From Clostridia bacterium (lineage in GTDB: Bacteria; Bacillota; Clostridia; Oscillospirales; CAG-272): 64,000 bases of DNA. Position numbers and translations under genes: made by a program. The stretch covers positions 19,330 to 83,329 of the forward strand of contig JAFSSQ010000080.1 in NCBI GenBank assembly GCA_017450965.1, written 5' to 3'. Of the stretch, positions 44,844 to 54,971 are shown in pieces (the first letter of the stretch is position 1; every line of letters begins with the position of its first letter). A model generated the notes under the pieces. The model was not told the DNA's origin. It saw nothing but the letters and a program-made list of their open reading frames with translations, and searched no databases.

Positions 44844-47093
44844 ATGCCGAAAAAGACGACGAACAAAACCAAAAAGGCCGAGGTGGCAGCACCCCCGAAG
44901 CCCGCGATCCCTCAGCTGATCACCGACACCATCCGGGACAACTATATGCCCTACGTGATGACGGTCATCGTTTCCCGCGCGATCCCGGAGATCGACGGCT
45001 TCAAGCCCTCGCAGCGCAAGCTCCTCTATACGATGTATAAAATGGGACTGCTGACCGGCCAGAAGACGAAAAGCTCCAATATCGTCGGCCAGACGATGAA
45101 GCTCAACCCTCACGGGGACGCTACCATTTACGAAACGATGGTCCGTCTGACAAGAGGCTACGAGGCGCTGCTGCACCCCTTCGTTGACTCCAAGGGGAGC
45201 TTTGGCAAGCAGTACAGCCGCGATATGGCGTTTGCCGCGCCCCGCTATACCGAAGCCAAGCTGGACGGGTTTTGCGCCGAGCTCTTTTCCGGCATCGACA
45301 AGGACGCGGTCGACATGGTCCCCAACTACGACAATACGACGACCGAGCCGGTCCTCTTTCCCACGACCTTTCCGAACATTCTCGTTTCCCCCAATTCCGG
45401 CATCGCGGTCGGAATGGCGAGCTCCGTTTGCTCCTTCAATCTCGCCGAGATCTGCGACGCGACGATCGCGCTGCTGAAAAAGCCGAACATTTCGACCGAC
45501 AAGCTCCTTGACCTGATCAAGGCGCCGGATTTCGCCACGGGCGGCACGGTGGTCTACGAGAGGGAAGCGATGCGCGCGGTCTACGAGACGGGCCGCGGTT
45601 CAGTCAAGCTCCGCGCGGTCTGGAAGTACGATAAAAAAGCGAACTGCATCGACGTCCTCGAGATCCCCTACTCCACCTCGATCGAAGCGATCATGAAAAA
45701 ATTGACCGATCTTTACAAGGCGGGGAAACTCAAGGAGGTCTCGGATTTCCGGGACGAGATCGGCCTCAGCGGCTTCCGCCTGACGATCGATCTCAAACGC
45801 GGGACAGATCCCGAGGCGCTGATGAACCGCCTCTTTTCGCAGACGCCCCTCCAGGACGCCTTTGACTGCAACTTCAACATTCTCATCGACGGCGCGCCGA
45901 AGACGATGGGCGTTGCGGAGATCCTCAACGAGTGGATCCGCTTCCGTCTCGCCTGCTTCTGCCGCGAATGCCGCTTCGATCTGACCAAAAAAGAGGAAAA
46001 GCTGCATCTTCTGATCGGGCTTGGCAAGATCCTGCTTGATATCGACCGCGCGATCGCCATCGTGCGCGGCACGGAAAAGGAATCGGACGTGGTGCCGAAC
46101 CTCTGCGAGGCCTTCCGGATCGACGAGGTGCAGGCGGAATATATCGCCGAGATCAAGCTCCGCCATCTCAACCGCGAGTATATCCTCGACCGGATCAAGG
46201 AGATCGAGGATCTCCAAAAGGAGATCGCCCGTTTGAAGGATCTGCTCGGCGACGTTCTCAAACAGAAGGCGGAGATCATCAAGCAGCTGGAAGCGGTAAA
46301 AAAGACCTACGGAAAACCGAGAAAAACCGGTATCATCGGCGCGGAGGAGGTGTCCGAGGCGCCGGCGCAGGCGGAGGAGGAAAACTATCCCGTCCGCGTC
46401 GTTCTCACCAAAGAGGGATACTTCAAAAAGATCACGATGCGCTCGCTCCAGGGCAGCGACGTCCACTCTCTGAAGGAAGGGGACGAGATCACGGTCGACG
46501 AAGACGCGGAAAATCAGGACGAGCTGATTTTCATCACCAACGCCTGCCAGTTCTACAACGCGCGCGTCTCGGATTTTGATCAGGTCAAGGCCTCCTCCCT
46601 CGGCGAGTTCGTGGCGGCAAAGCTGAAAATGGATCCGGGCGAGAGACCGATCACGCTCCTCTTCAAAAAGAAGGTGAAGCCGACCGACCGCATCGTCTAT
46701 CTCTTCCAGAACGGGAAAGGGGTCCGCGTCCCTCTCTCCGCGTATGAAACGAAAGGCGCGCGCCGCAAGCTGACCGGCGCCTACTCTTCCGCGTCTCCCG
46801 TCGTGGCGGCGATCTGGGAGGATAAGCCGAAGGAACTGCTCCTCGAGTCGGACGCGCACCGCGCGATCATCGTCTCGACCCGCCTCATCCCCGAAAAAAC
46901 GACCCGTACCGCCTCCGGCGTCACGGTCCTCCAGCTCAAACGCGGGCAGACGCTCGTTTCCGTCCTCCCGGTAGGCGACAAGGACGCGGCGTCCGGCGGA
47001 GGCTGGAAAAAGATCAAGATCCCGGCGGCGGGCGCTCCCCTGAGCGCCGCGGATCGCAAAAAGCTGTCGGCGCAGCCCGATCAGGCGAAGTGA
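44844..47093 (+). CDS. DNA gyrase / topoisomerase IV subunit A family protein
   Basis: 749 aa with IRDNYMPYVMTVIVSRAIPEIDGFKPSQRKLLY, HPHGD-like NPHGDATIYETMVRL and the catalytic Tyr context AAPRYTEAKL. No B subunit is adjacent. Confidence 0.88.
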   Translation: MPKKTTNKTKKAEVAAPPKPAIPQLITDTIRDNYMPYVMTVIVSRAIPEIDGFKPSQRKLLYTMYKMGLLTGQKTKSSNIVGQTMKLNPHGDATIYETMVRLTRGYEALLHPFVDSKGSFGKQYSRDMAFAAPRYTEAKLDGFCAELFSGIDKDAVDMVPNYDNTTTEPVLFPTTFPNILVSPNSGIAVGMASSVCSFNLAEICDATIALLKKPNISTDKLLDLIKAPDFATGGTVVYEREAMRAVYETGRGSVKLRAVWKYDKKANCIDVLEIPYSTSIEAIMKKLTDLYKAGKLKEVSDFRDEIGLSGFRLTIDLKRGTDPEALMNRLFSQTPLQDAFDCNFNILIDGAPKTMGVAEILNEWIRFRLACFCRECRFDLTKKEEKLHLLIGLGKILLDIDRAIAIVRGTEKESDVVPNLCEAFRIDEVQAEYIAEIKLRHLNREYILDRIKEIEDLQKEIARLKDLLGDVLKQKAEIIKQLEAVKKTYGKPRKTGIIGAEEVSEAPAQAEEENYPVRVVLTKEGYFKKITMRSLQGSDVHSLKEGDEITVDEDAENQDELIFITNACQFYNARVSDFDQVKASSLGEFVAAKLKMDPGERPITLLFKKKVKPTDRIVYLFQNGKGVRVPLSAYETKGARRKLTGAYSSASPVVAAIWEDKPKELLLESDAHRAIIVSTRLIPEKTTRTASGVTVLQLKRGQTLVSVLPVGDKDAASGGGWKKIKIPAAGAPLSAADRKKLSAQPDQAK

Positions 47094-47112
47094 CGGGAAA
47101 GGAGAAACCGTT

Positions 47113-49815
47113 TTGGTAAACAAAAAAACACAGAAGGACAGAACGAGCCGGCAAAAAGAGCCTCGTTCCAAGATCTTTGTCCGGATCTTCTCCATTTTCC
47201 TGGCCGCTCTGCTGTTGCTCGGGTCGCTTTTTTATACGATTTATTTTCTCATTCCGCGCTCCGCCGCGCTGGATTACACGGCGGCGGGCGAGAACCCGCT
47301 GATGGCGATCGGGATCTGTTACGGATCGGACGCCGAGGTTTCCTGGGATCTTTCGTCCGATCACGGCTTTTGGGTCGGACGGACGGTCATAGAAGACGAT
47401 ACCCGCGGCTTTTATCCCCTTTGGCAGATCGGGGAAACGTCCTGTACCGCTCTGATCGCCGATAACGTTTATTATTCCGACGGATATTCGAAGACCGGCA
47501 GCGGCGGTTACGCGTTCGGGCGTTTCCACGTGCAGATCGGAGAGGCCTGCGCTTCCCGCGAGGAAGCCGCCGAACGGATCAGCGCCGCGATCCCGCTTGC
47601 CGGCGTGTTCAAGGTCTATCCCGCTTATATCGACAATTCATACCGCGTGTTCCTCAGCGATTTTTCCACCGCGGAACGCGCGCAGAACGTATTGGCCTCC
47701 TTGCCTGACTTAACTTCCGCCTACTCATGCTCCGTGTATGAGTGCGGAAGTTATTCCGTTTCACTCGTCGATCACGCCCAAAATCAGGAAATCTTCGTTT
47801 ACGACTGCGGCGTGGAATCCTCTCTCGGTGTGAAGCCGATCTCCGCCGACGGCTCCGTTGCCTATACGAGAGCAAACGGGGGGCGGCTTTACCCCGATTG
47901 TCTTGCCTTCCGGCGCTATCAGGAGGGTTCGGTCGACGGTGTGGAGATGATCAACCTCCTCCCGCTGGAGACCTATATCGCCGGGGTCATCCCGTGGGAG
48001 ATTTCCAACGCCTGGCCCTATCAGATGCTGCGCACCATGGCGATCGCGGCGCGCACCTTTGCGGCAAGCCATCTTCGCCGGCATTTTTCAAGCTGGAAGA
48101 TCGACGTCTGCGCCACCGACAACTGCCAGTATTACGGAGGGTTTTCCAAAACCAACGAGGCGGTCTGGAAAGCCGTTAATTCGACGAGGGGGATGATCCT
48201 CACCTATCAGGGCTCGCCCGTTCTGATGTCTTTCTGCTCGTCGCACGGCGGGCAGTCTCTCGGCTCGGAATACGCCTACGTTACCGCGCTCGACTATCTG
48301 CCGACGGCTCTGACCCCCTGGGAAAAATACGCGCAGGACGACCACTGGAACGGGGTGTGGTACTATGACGTTTCCCCCGCGCTTTACTGGGACCGGATGT
48401 ATTACCGGCGCGGCTACACGCAGCTTTCCAGCGGCGAGATCGCGGATGTGACCGTCAACTCCTACGTGCCGGGGACGGAAGCCGTCTATTCCGCGACGGT
48501 AACGGACACAGACGGCAATTCGGTTACCTTCACCGGAACTTCCAATACGATGGTCGGCGTTTACTGGCCCGATTCTCCCATCTGGGTCGTGGGACGGGGA
48601 AGCGTGACGCTCACCTATGAAACGCCGCTGCGTTTCGCCTATACCACCGACGGAAGCGAGCCGGTTTTTTCCGAGGAACCGACGGAGACGGAAGAAACGA
48701 ATCTCTACGACCTCACCTACTCCTCCGTCCGGATCAAGGTGGAGACCAAAACGGAAACGATGACGATCACGGGCTCCTCCCCGGATAACTTCGTGTTCGC
48801 CGGAAAGGGGTTCGGCCACTCTGTCGGCCTTTCGCAGTACGGGGGCTACGACCTCGCCGAATACGGCCTGACGGCGGAAGAGATCCTTGACGTGTATTTC
48901 CCCGGGACCGAAATCTACTCTCCGATCGAGCGGTATCGGACGTTCGATCTGCCGGTCGCGTTCCCCGCGGAGGGAGAGGCTCCCTCCGTTGCCCTGATCC
49001 GCGATCTTCCGGACAACTTCGTGCTCGACGAGATCGCCTGGACCGACCAAAACGGAAATCCCTTCTCCGTCTTTGAGTCCGGCTCCGTTTATCGTCTGTG
49101 CGCAAAGCTCCATCTGAGCGACCTCTCGGAAGGGGTGCTGGCGGACGCCTTCGCTCCGACGGTTGCGGGCGCTCCCGCCTCATATACCGAGGAATATACC
49201 GCCGATTATTTTCCGACCGGCGTTTTCACCATGACGGCGGATATTGAAGTAAAACCGAAACTTGTCCTCGCGTTCTCGGTCCGAGCCTTCTCCTGGGAGC
49301 AGGAGGGGACGCTGACGGCCGCGCTCTATCCGGCCGATCGCCCGCGGGAGGAGATCCTTGCCGATCTGGCGGGGGGCGGCGCGCTGAAGATCCCGTGCGA
49401 GTCGTCGGTCGAGGATCCCGCCGCGGCGGCAGACCGATACGCGCAGACCGTCTCCTTTTACAATCTCGCGGACGGGACCTACCGGCTCGCGCTGACCAAA
49501 ACGGGCAAATACCTGCCGATCCTGCGCGACGTTGTGATCTCCTCGGCAGACGCGCCGCTCGCTTTTGAGGAAACGATGGTCCTCTACGGCGACGTTACGA
49601 TGGACGGACACGTGAACAGCCAGGACGCGCTGCAGCTCGTTCGCTTTTTCAACGGCAAGGCCTCCGTCTTCGGCAGCCTGCAGGACGAGCGCCTGGAAGC
49701 GTTCCGCCTTCAAGCCGCCGACGTAACCGGAGACGGCTGCGCCGACTCCCGGGACGCGCTGCAGATCGTCCGCTATTCCTCCGGACGCTCCTCTTTGTTC
49801 GACCTCTTTGCCTGA
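47113..49815 (+). CDS. SpoIID/LytB-domain protein with C-terminal dockerin module
   Basis: 900 aa with a TTG start, an AAGGAG RBS and an N-terminal TM segment. SpoIID core LETYIAGVIPWEISNAWPYQMLRTMAIAARTFA...GFGHSVGLSQYGG. C-terminal duplicated Ca-binding repeats GDVTMDGHVNSQDALQLVRF and ADVTGDGCADSRDALQIVRY. Confidence 0.85.
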   Translation: MVNKKTQKDRTSRQKEPRSKIFVRIFSIFLAALLLLGSLFYTIYFLIPRSAALDYTAAGENPLMAIGICYGSDAEVSWDLSSDHGFWVGRTVIEDDTRGFYPLWQIGETSCTALIADNVYYSDGYSKTGSGGYAFGRFHVQIGEACASREEAAERISAAIPLAGVFKVYPAYIDNSYRVFLSDFSTAERAQNVLASLPDLTSAYSCSVYECGSYSVSLVDHAQNQEIFVYDCGVESSLGVKPISADGSVAYTRANGGRLYPDCLAFRRYQEGSVDGVEMINLLPLETYIAGVIPWEISNAWPYQMLRTMAIAARTFAASHLRRHFSSWKIDVCATDNCQYYGGFSKTNEAVWKAVNSTRGMILTYQGSPVLMSFCSSHGGQSLGSEYAYVTALDYLPTALTPWEKYAQDDHWNGVWYYDVSPALYWDRMYYRRGYTQLSSGEIADVTVNSYVPGTEAVYSATVTDTDGNSVTFTGTSNTMVGVYWPDSPIWVVGRGSVTLTYETPLRFAYTTDGSEPVFSEEPTETEETNLYDLTYSSVRIKVETKTETMTITGSSPDNFVFAGKGFGHSVGLSQYGGYDLAEYGLTAEEILDVYFPGTEIYSPIERYRTFDLPVAFPAEGEAPSVALIRDLPDNFVLDEIAWTDQNGNPFSVFESGSVYRLCAKLHLSDLSEGVLADAFAPTVAGAPASYTEEYTADYFPTGVFTMTADIEVKPKLVLAFSVRAFSWEQEGTLTAALYPADRPREEILADLAGGGALKIPCESSVEDPAAAADRYAQTVSFYNLADGTYRLALTKTGKYLPILRDVVISSADAPLAFEETMVLYGDVTMDGHVNSQDALQLVRFFNGKASVFGSLQDERLEAFRLQAADVTGDGCADSRDALQIVRYSSGRSSLFDLFA

Positions 49816-49906
49816 CGCGCGGACTTTGCAAAAAGTTTACAATTCTCACGTAATTCCGTTGTTTTTTTGCGCTATACTTAACTCATATTTGTGAAAGGCG
49901 ACTCAC

Positions 49907-52657
49907 ATGAAACTGATTGACAAAATATTCGGAACTTACAGCCAGCGGGAAATCAAAAAACTGAAAAAAACGGTTGACCTGATCGAAAGTAAGGAAGAGG
50001 CGTTCAAGGCAAAGACCGACGACGAGCTTGCCGCGATCACGCCAGAACTGAAAGAAAGATACCAAAACGGGGAAACGCTCGACGATCTTCTTCCGGACGC
50101 CTTTGCCGCCGTCCGCGAGGCCGCGGACCGCGCTCTCGGGAAACGCCCGTTCCGCGTTCAGCTGATCGGCGGCATCATCCTCCATCAAGGGCGGATCGCC
50201 GAGATGAAGACCGGTGAAGGGAAGACGCTTGTCGCCACCCTTCCCGCGTATCTCAACGCCCTGACGGGAAAAGGGGTCCACATCGTTACCGTCAACGATT
50301 ACCTCGCCCGCTGCGGCGCCGAGGAGATGGGGCGCGTTTTCGCCTTTCTCGGGATGACGACGGGGCTTGTCGTTCACGGACAGTACAAGGACGAAAAGCA
50401 GAAGGCCTATCAGGCCGACATCACCTACGGGACCAACAATGAGTTCGGCTTCGACTATCTGCGCGACAATATGGTCGTCTATAAAAACCAGATGGTCCAG
50501 CGGGGACATTCCTTTGCGATCGTCGACGAGGTCGACTCCGTCCTGATCGACGAAGCGAGGACGCCGCTGATCATTTCCGGCGAGGGAGACAAGTCCACCG
50601 ACCTCTATGAAAAAGCCGATCGGTTCGCCTCCGGTCTCCGGGTATTCGTGATCAAGGAACTGGACGATAAGGAGAGCCACGACGATATCGACGCGGACTA
50701 TATCGTCGATGAAAAAGCCAAAACGGCGACTTTGACCGCGTCCGGCGTGGAAAAAGCGGAGCGCTTTTTCGGGCTGGAAAACCTCTCCGATCCCGAAAAC
50801 GCCACGATCGCCCATCAGATCAACCAGGCGATCCGCGCGCATGGGATCATGAAAAAGGAAGTCGACTATATCGTCAAGGACGATCAGGTCATCATCGTGG
50901 ACACCTTTACCGGCCGTCTGATGCCGGGGCGCCGTTATAACGAGGGGCTCCATCAGGCGATCGAGGCAAAGGAGAAAGTCAAAGTCCAGAAGGAAAACAA
51001 AACCCTTGCCACCGTTACCTTCCAGAATTACTTCCGTATGTACGAAAAGCTGTCCGGCATGACCGGTACCGCTCTCACGGAGGAGATGGAGTTCCGCGAG
51101 ATCTACGGGCTCGACGTGGTGGAGGTGCCGACCAACAAGCCGATGATCCGGACCGATCATCCCGACCGCGTCTACAAAAACCTCGCCGGCAAATACCGGG
51201 CGATCGTGGCGCAGATCGAGGAATGCCACGAAAAAGGGCAGCCGGTCCTTGTCGGTACGATCTCCATCGACAAGTCGGAGCTGATCTCCCGGATGCTCAA
51301 GACGCGCGGGATCCCGCACACCGTCCTCAACGCCAAGTATCACGAAAGGGAAGCGGAGATCGTGGCGCAGGCCGGCAAGCTCGGCGCCGTAACGATCTCG
51401 ACCAATATGGCGGGGCGCGGCACCGACATCATGCTCGGCGGGAACGCGGAGTTCCTTGCCAAAGCGGAAATGCGCAAGCGCGGATACGACGAGGAGACGG
51501 TCTCCGCCGCCACCTCCTTCTCCCACACCGACGACGAGGAGATCCTCGCCGCGCGGAAAACCTTCCGGGAGCTCAAAAACAAATTTGCCGAAGAGATCCG
51601 GCCGGAAGCGGAAAAGGTCTGCTCCCTCGGCGGTCTCTTCATCCTCGGGACGGAGCGGCACGAGAGCCGCCGGATCGACAACCAGCTGCGCGGGCGCAGC
51701 GGCCGCCAGGGCGACCCCGGCGAATCCCGCTTCTTCCTCTCGCTGGAGGACGATCTTCTCCGTCTGTTCGGAAGCGACCGGATCATGACGATGGTCGAGC
51801 GCTTCGGGATGGATGAGGATACCCCCATCGACGCCCGCATCCTCTCCGGCAGCATCGAAAACGCCCAGAAACGGATCGAAGGCGAGAACTTCCAGCGCCG
51901 CAAGAACGTCCTCGAATACGACGACGTGATGAATCAGCAGCGCCAGATCATCTACAAACAGCGCGGCGAGGTGCTGGACGGCATGGATCTCAGCCCGAAG
52001 ATCCGCGATATGATCGAAGGGTCGGTTTCCGGCGCCGTCGCGGCGGCGACCGCGTCCGAGAACAAAGCCGACTGGAACTTCGATCTTCTCCTCGAAAAGT
52101 TCGGCGGATGGCTCTGCCGTTCCGACGATTTTCCCTCCTCCGAGGAGGAGCGCGCCTCCCTTGACCCCGAAAGCATCCGTACCATGCTGCTCGATCGCGC
52201 GGAAACGCTTTACCGGCAGAAGGCGGAGCTCTTCGGCGGCGAGGAAGTCGTGCGCGAGCTGGAGCGCATCGTCCTGTTGCGCGCCGTCGATGAAAAATGG
52301 ATGGATCACCTGGAGGCGATGGACGATTTACGGTCCGGCATCTCTCTCAACGCGTACGCCCAGCGCAATCCCCTGACCGAGTACCGGATCACCGGCGCCG
52401 ATATGTTCGACGAAATGGTCGCCGACATCCGGGAGACCACGGTGCGCACGTTCCTCACCGCCGTTCCGCGCAAGAACGTCAAGATCGAGCGCAAACAGGT
52501 CGCCAATCCTCTGATCGAGGGGTTTGCGGGCGGAAAACCCGCCCGGCGCCCCGCCTCTGCGCAGAAAAAGGTGGGACGCAACGATCCCTGCCCCTGCGGA
52601 AGCGGGAAAAAGTATAAAAAATGCTGCGGCGCGAACGCAAGCGAAGCGGAGAACTGA
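49907..52657 (+). CDS. secA: Preprotein translocase subunit SecA
   Basis: 916 aa with MKTGEGKTLVATLPAYLNAL, DEVDSVLIDEARTPLIISG and C-terminal zinc finger CPCGSGKKYKKCCG. Confidence 0.97.
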   Translation: MKLIDKIFGTYSQREIKKLKKTVDLIESKEEAFKAKTDDELAAITPELKERYQNGETLDDLLPDAFAAVREAADRALGKRPFRVQLIGGIILHQGRIAEMKTGEGKTLVATLPAYLNALTGKGVHIVTVNDYLARCGAEEMGRVFAFLGMTTGLVVHGQYKDEKQKAYQADITYGTNNEFGFDYLRDNMVVYKNQMVQRGHSFAIVDEVDSVLIDEARTPLIISGEGDKSTDLYEKADRFASGLRVFVIKELDDKESHDDIDADYIVDEKAKTATLTASGVEKAERFFGLENLSDPENATIAHQINQAIRAHGIMKKEVDYIVKDDQVIIVDTFTGRLMPGRRYNEGLHQAIEAKEKVKVQKENKTLATVTFQNYFRMYEKLSGMTGTALTEEMEFREIYGLDVVEVPTNKPMIRTDHPDRVYKNLAGKYRAIVAQIEECHEKGQPVLVGTISIDKSELISRMLKTRGIPHTVLNAKYHEREAEIVAQAGKLGAVTISTNMAGRGTDIMLGGNAEFLAKAEMRKRGYDEETVSAATSFSHTDDEEILAARKTFRELKNKFAEEIRPEAEKVCSLGGLFILGTERHESRRIDNQLRGRSGRQGDPGESRFFLSLEDDLLRLFGSDRIMTMVERFGMDEDTPIDARILSGSIENAQKRIEGENFQRRKNVLEYDDVMNQQRQIIYKQRGEVLDGMDLSPKIRDMIEGSVSGAVAAATASENKADWNFDLLLEKFGGWLCRSDDFPSSEEERASLDPESIRTMLLDRAETLYRQKAELFGGEEVVRELERIVLLRAVDEKWMDHLEAMDDLRSGISLNAYAQRNPLTEYRITGADMFDEMVADIRETTVRTFLTAVPRKNVKIERKQVANPLIEGFAGGKPARRPASAQKKVGRNDPCPCGSGKKYKKCCGANASEAEN

Positions 52658-52661
52658 AAAC

Positions 52662-53348
52662 ATGGGATTCGGATATCTCTTTTTCGGCGCCGTTCTTTGG
52701 ATCAACCCGCTTCTCAGCGCTTACACGGAATGGGCCGCGTATCTTTTCATGCTGGCGGGGAACAATAAGCTGGCGTTCTATAACCGCGGCTTCCGCTGTT
52801 CCCGTATCGCCGCCGTTTCCGGGCTTCTGCTCTCCTTTCTCCGTCTCATTCCGACCGCGGCGGAGGAGTTCGGACTATACGCCTTTTCGGAGGGGATCCT
52901 CTACCCGATCATCTCCACGGCGGTCCTTCTCAACGCCGCCGTGTACGTCGTTTTCCTGATGATCGGGATCTTTCAGATCGCGGGGGAGACGGGACTGGAA
53001 AAGCTGAAGACCAAAGCCGTATATCGCGCGGGCCTGCATACTCTTGTTATTTTATTTGAAACGGTCGTTTCCCTCGGCATTCTGGAAAACGCCGCCGGCG
53101 ACGGGAGTATGACGGTCATCCTCTTTGCCAAGATCTTTGTCAAGATCCTCGTCGCCCTGCTCGTGTTTTCCTGCTATCGGATGATCTGCCTGGAAGGGGA
53201 AGAGGAGATGTCCCGCAAGGAATCCCGTTTCGCGTTCGTCAACCGCTTAAACGAGCATTTTGACCGTAAAGAAGAGGAAAATCTGGAGCTCGCCCGCCGA
53301 GAGCGGGAAGAGCGCAGAAAGAAAAAACAGCAAACTCGGAGGAAATAG
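52662..53348 (+). CDS. Hypothetical polytopic membrane protein
   Basis: In-frame ATG at 52662 (MGFGYLFFGAVLWINPLLS...). Several TM segments and a charged C-terminal tail (EEENLELARREREERRKKKQQ). Confidence 0.6.
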   Translation: MGFGYLFFGAVLWINPLLSAYTEWAAYLFMLAGNNKLAFYNRGFRCSRIAAVSGLLLSFLRLIPTAAEEFGLYAFSEGILYPIISTAVLLNAAVYVVFLMIGIFQIAGETGLEKLKTKAVYRAGLHTLVILFETVVSLGILENAAGDGSMTVILFAKIFVKILVALLVFSCYRMICLEGEEEMSRKESRFAFVNRLNEHFDRKEEENLELARREREERRKKKQQTRRK

Positions 53349-53350
53349 TC

Positions 53351-54799
53351 GTGCTGCCTATCGGAGAAAAGGAGATCGACCCGGCAAAAACGCTGAAGCT
53401 CGGGTATCTGATCACCGCCGCGTTCTTTTTCTGCAACCCCCTTTTTAATCTGATCGACGTCCTTCCGGATTTTATCGGAGCGCTTCTCATCCTCGCGTCT
53501 CTCTCCCGTCTGCGGGATCTCTCTGCGCATCTCGCGTCGGCGCGCAAATGGTTTCTTGCGCTTTTCTGGGTCTCGCTCTCGAAGATCCCCTCATTTGTCT
53601 GGATGTTCCGCATTTTCAGCAGTCATCCGACCGAGCGCACGATCATGCTGCTCTTTACCTTCGTTTACGCCGTGGGGGAAAGCGTCCTGCTCGTTCTGGC
53701 GTTCCGCGATCTCTTTGACGGGATCGTCTATCTCGGCGAGCGGCACGACGGCGCGTCCGCCTTTTCTCTCACCCTAAAGAACAAACAGATCCCCGTCGCC
53801 GCGATTTGCCGTACCTCGATCCTCTCTCTCGTTCTCATCCACGCGTTTTCCGTCGTGCCGGAACTGATCTATCTGATGGGCGACGCCGAGCGTTACGAGA
53901 TGACGGGGTACGTGGCGCCCGAGCACTTCAAGGGCTTTTTTACGCTGTTTGCCACGCTGGCGTCCCTTGCGCCCGCCGTTCTGTTCGTCCGGAGGTTTTC
54001 CCGGTATATCGGCGGGATCCGCCGGGACAGCGTTTTCTGCGCAGCGCTCCTCGCCGACGCCGAGCGTGCGGAACGCGAACAGCCGAAGCAGCGGCTCTAC
54101 CGCCGGTTCGCCTTTTTCTCGGGGCTCGCATCCGTTTGCGCGCTTCTTTCTTTCCGATTCTTTCTCGACGATTTCAATATCTGCCCGGAGATCCTCTTTT
54201 CAGGGCTTCTTCTTGCCGCCGTCCTTTACTGGCATAAAAAGATCGCCGCTTTAGGGAAGGGAACGCTTCTGTTTTCCGCTTCCGCTCTCGTTCTTTCCTG
54301 CGCGGCGCTCTTCTTCGCGATCCGCTTTAATCTTTCCTTTGATTTCTCCGCCGTCGGGCGGGAGTCCTCGGCGAACGGGGCGTTCATTCTATGGGTCGTT
54401 TCCGAGTTTTTCGCCGCGCTTTTATCCTTGATCGCGGTTTTCCTTCTTTCCCGTACCGTTTTCTCCTTCTGCCGAAAGGAGCTGACAACCGAGGGGGAGA
54501 AGGTCGGCAGTTTTTCCTCCGAGGATATCCGTTCTCTCCGCGCGCGAAAGATCCGGCTTTCCGTTTACAGCGTTCTCTACTTCGTTTCCGGCAACGTACT
54601 TCGTCTCTCCCTCGGCGATACCGCTTCCGTCCCGGTCGGCCGCAACGAGTTCGATACCGCCCTCCAGATCTATCTTCCCAAGCTGCAGGGCTACTGGATC
54701 TTTGACGTGGCGCTCTTTATCCTCCTTTCCTCCGCCGCTTTCCTATACTTTGAGGAGATGCGCAGCGATCTGCGGCATAAATATCTGCTTCTTGATTGA
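53351..54799 (+). CDS. Hypothetical polytopic membrane protein (N-terminus resembles the preceding gene)
   Basis: 482 aa with a GTG start 3 nt after the previous stop. ...LGYLITAAFFFCNPLFNLIDVLPDFIGALLILASL... and about 10 hydrophobic segments. Confidence 0.6.
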   Translation: MLPIGEKEIDPAKTLKLGYLITAAFFFCNPLFNLIDVLPDFIGALLILASLSRLRDLSAHLASARKWFLALFWVSLSKIPSFVWMFRIFSSHPTERTIMLLFTFVYAVGESVLLVLAFRDLFDGIVYLGERHDGASAFSLTLKNKQIPVAAICRTSILSLVLIHAFSVVPELIYLMGDAERYEMTGYVAPEHFKGFFTLFATLASLAPAVLFVRRFSRYIGGIRRDSVFCAALLADAERAEREQPKQRLYRRFAFFSGLASVCALLSFRFFLDDFNICPEILFSGLLLAAVLYWHKKIAALGKGTLLFSASALVLSCAALFFAIRFNLSFDFSAVGRESSANGAFILWVVSEFFAALLSLIAVFLLSRTVFSFCRKELTTEGEKVGSFSSEDIRSLRARKIRLSVYSVLYFVSGNVLRLSLGDTASVPVGRNEFDTALQIYLPKLQGYWIFDVALFILLSSAAFLYFEEMRSDLRHKYLLLD

Positions 54800-54824
54800 A
54801 GATTTGCAGCAAAGGGAAGCACAA

Positions 54825-54920
54825 GGTCGGTCTTACGACCGAATGATGTTGACCGGGCTCCGCCCGATCAAACGATGCTTTCGCTGACGCGAAAAACGAT
54901 GCTGCGTCCTTTGCGGACAC
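54825..54920. repeat. Second heptad + mini-hairpin array (AATGATG / AACGATG, single orientation)
   Basis: The elements in order:
- Hairpin ggtcg-gtctta-cgacc.
- AATGATG (54842).
- Hairpin ttgaccggg-ctccg-cccgatcaa.
- AACGATG (54871).
- Hairpin tttcgc-tgac-gcgaaa.
- AACGATG (54895).
- Hairpin gtcc-tttgc-ggac. Confidence 0.75.
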
Positions 54921-54926
54921 AAACAC

Positions 54927-54970
54927 AAAAAAGAAACGCCTTTTGAAAAACAAAAGGCGTTTCTTTTTTT
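54927..54970. terminator. Bidirectional intrinsic terminator
   Basis: aaaaaagaaacgcctttt-gaaaaac-aaaaggcgtttcttttttt. It serves both the plus-strand membrane-protein operon and the minus-strand tRNA pair. Confidence 0.85.
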
Positions 54971-54971
54971 G

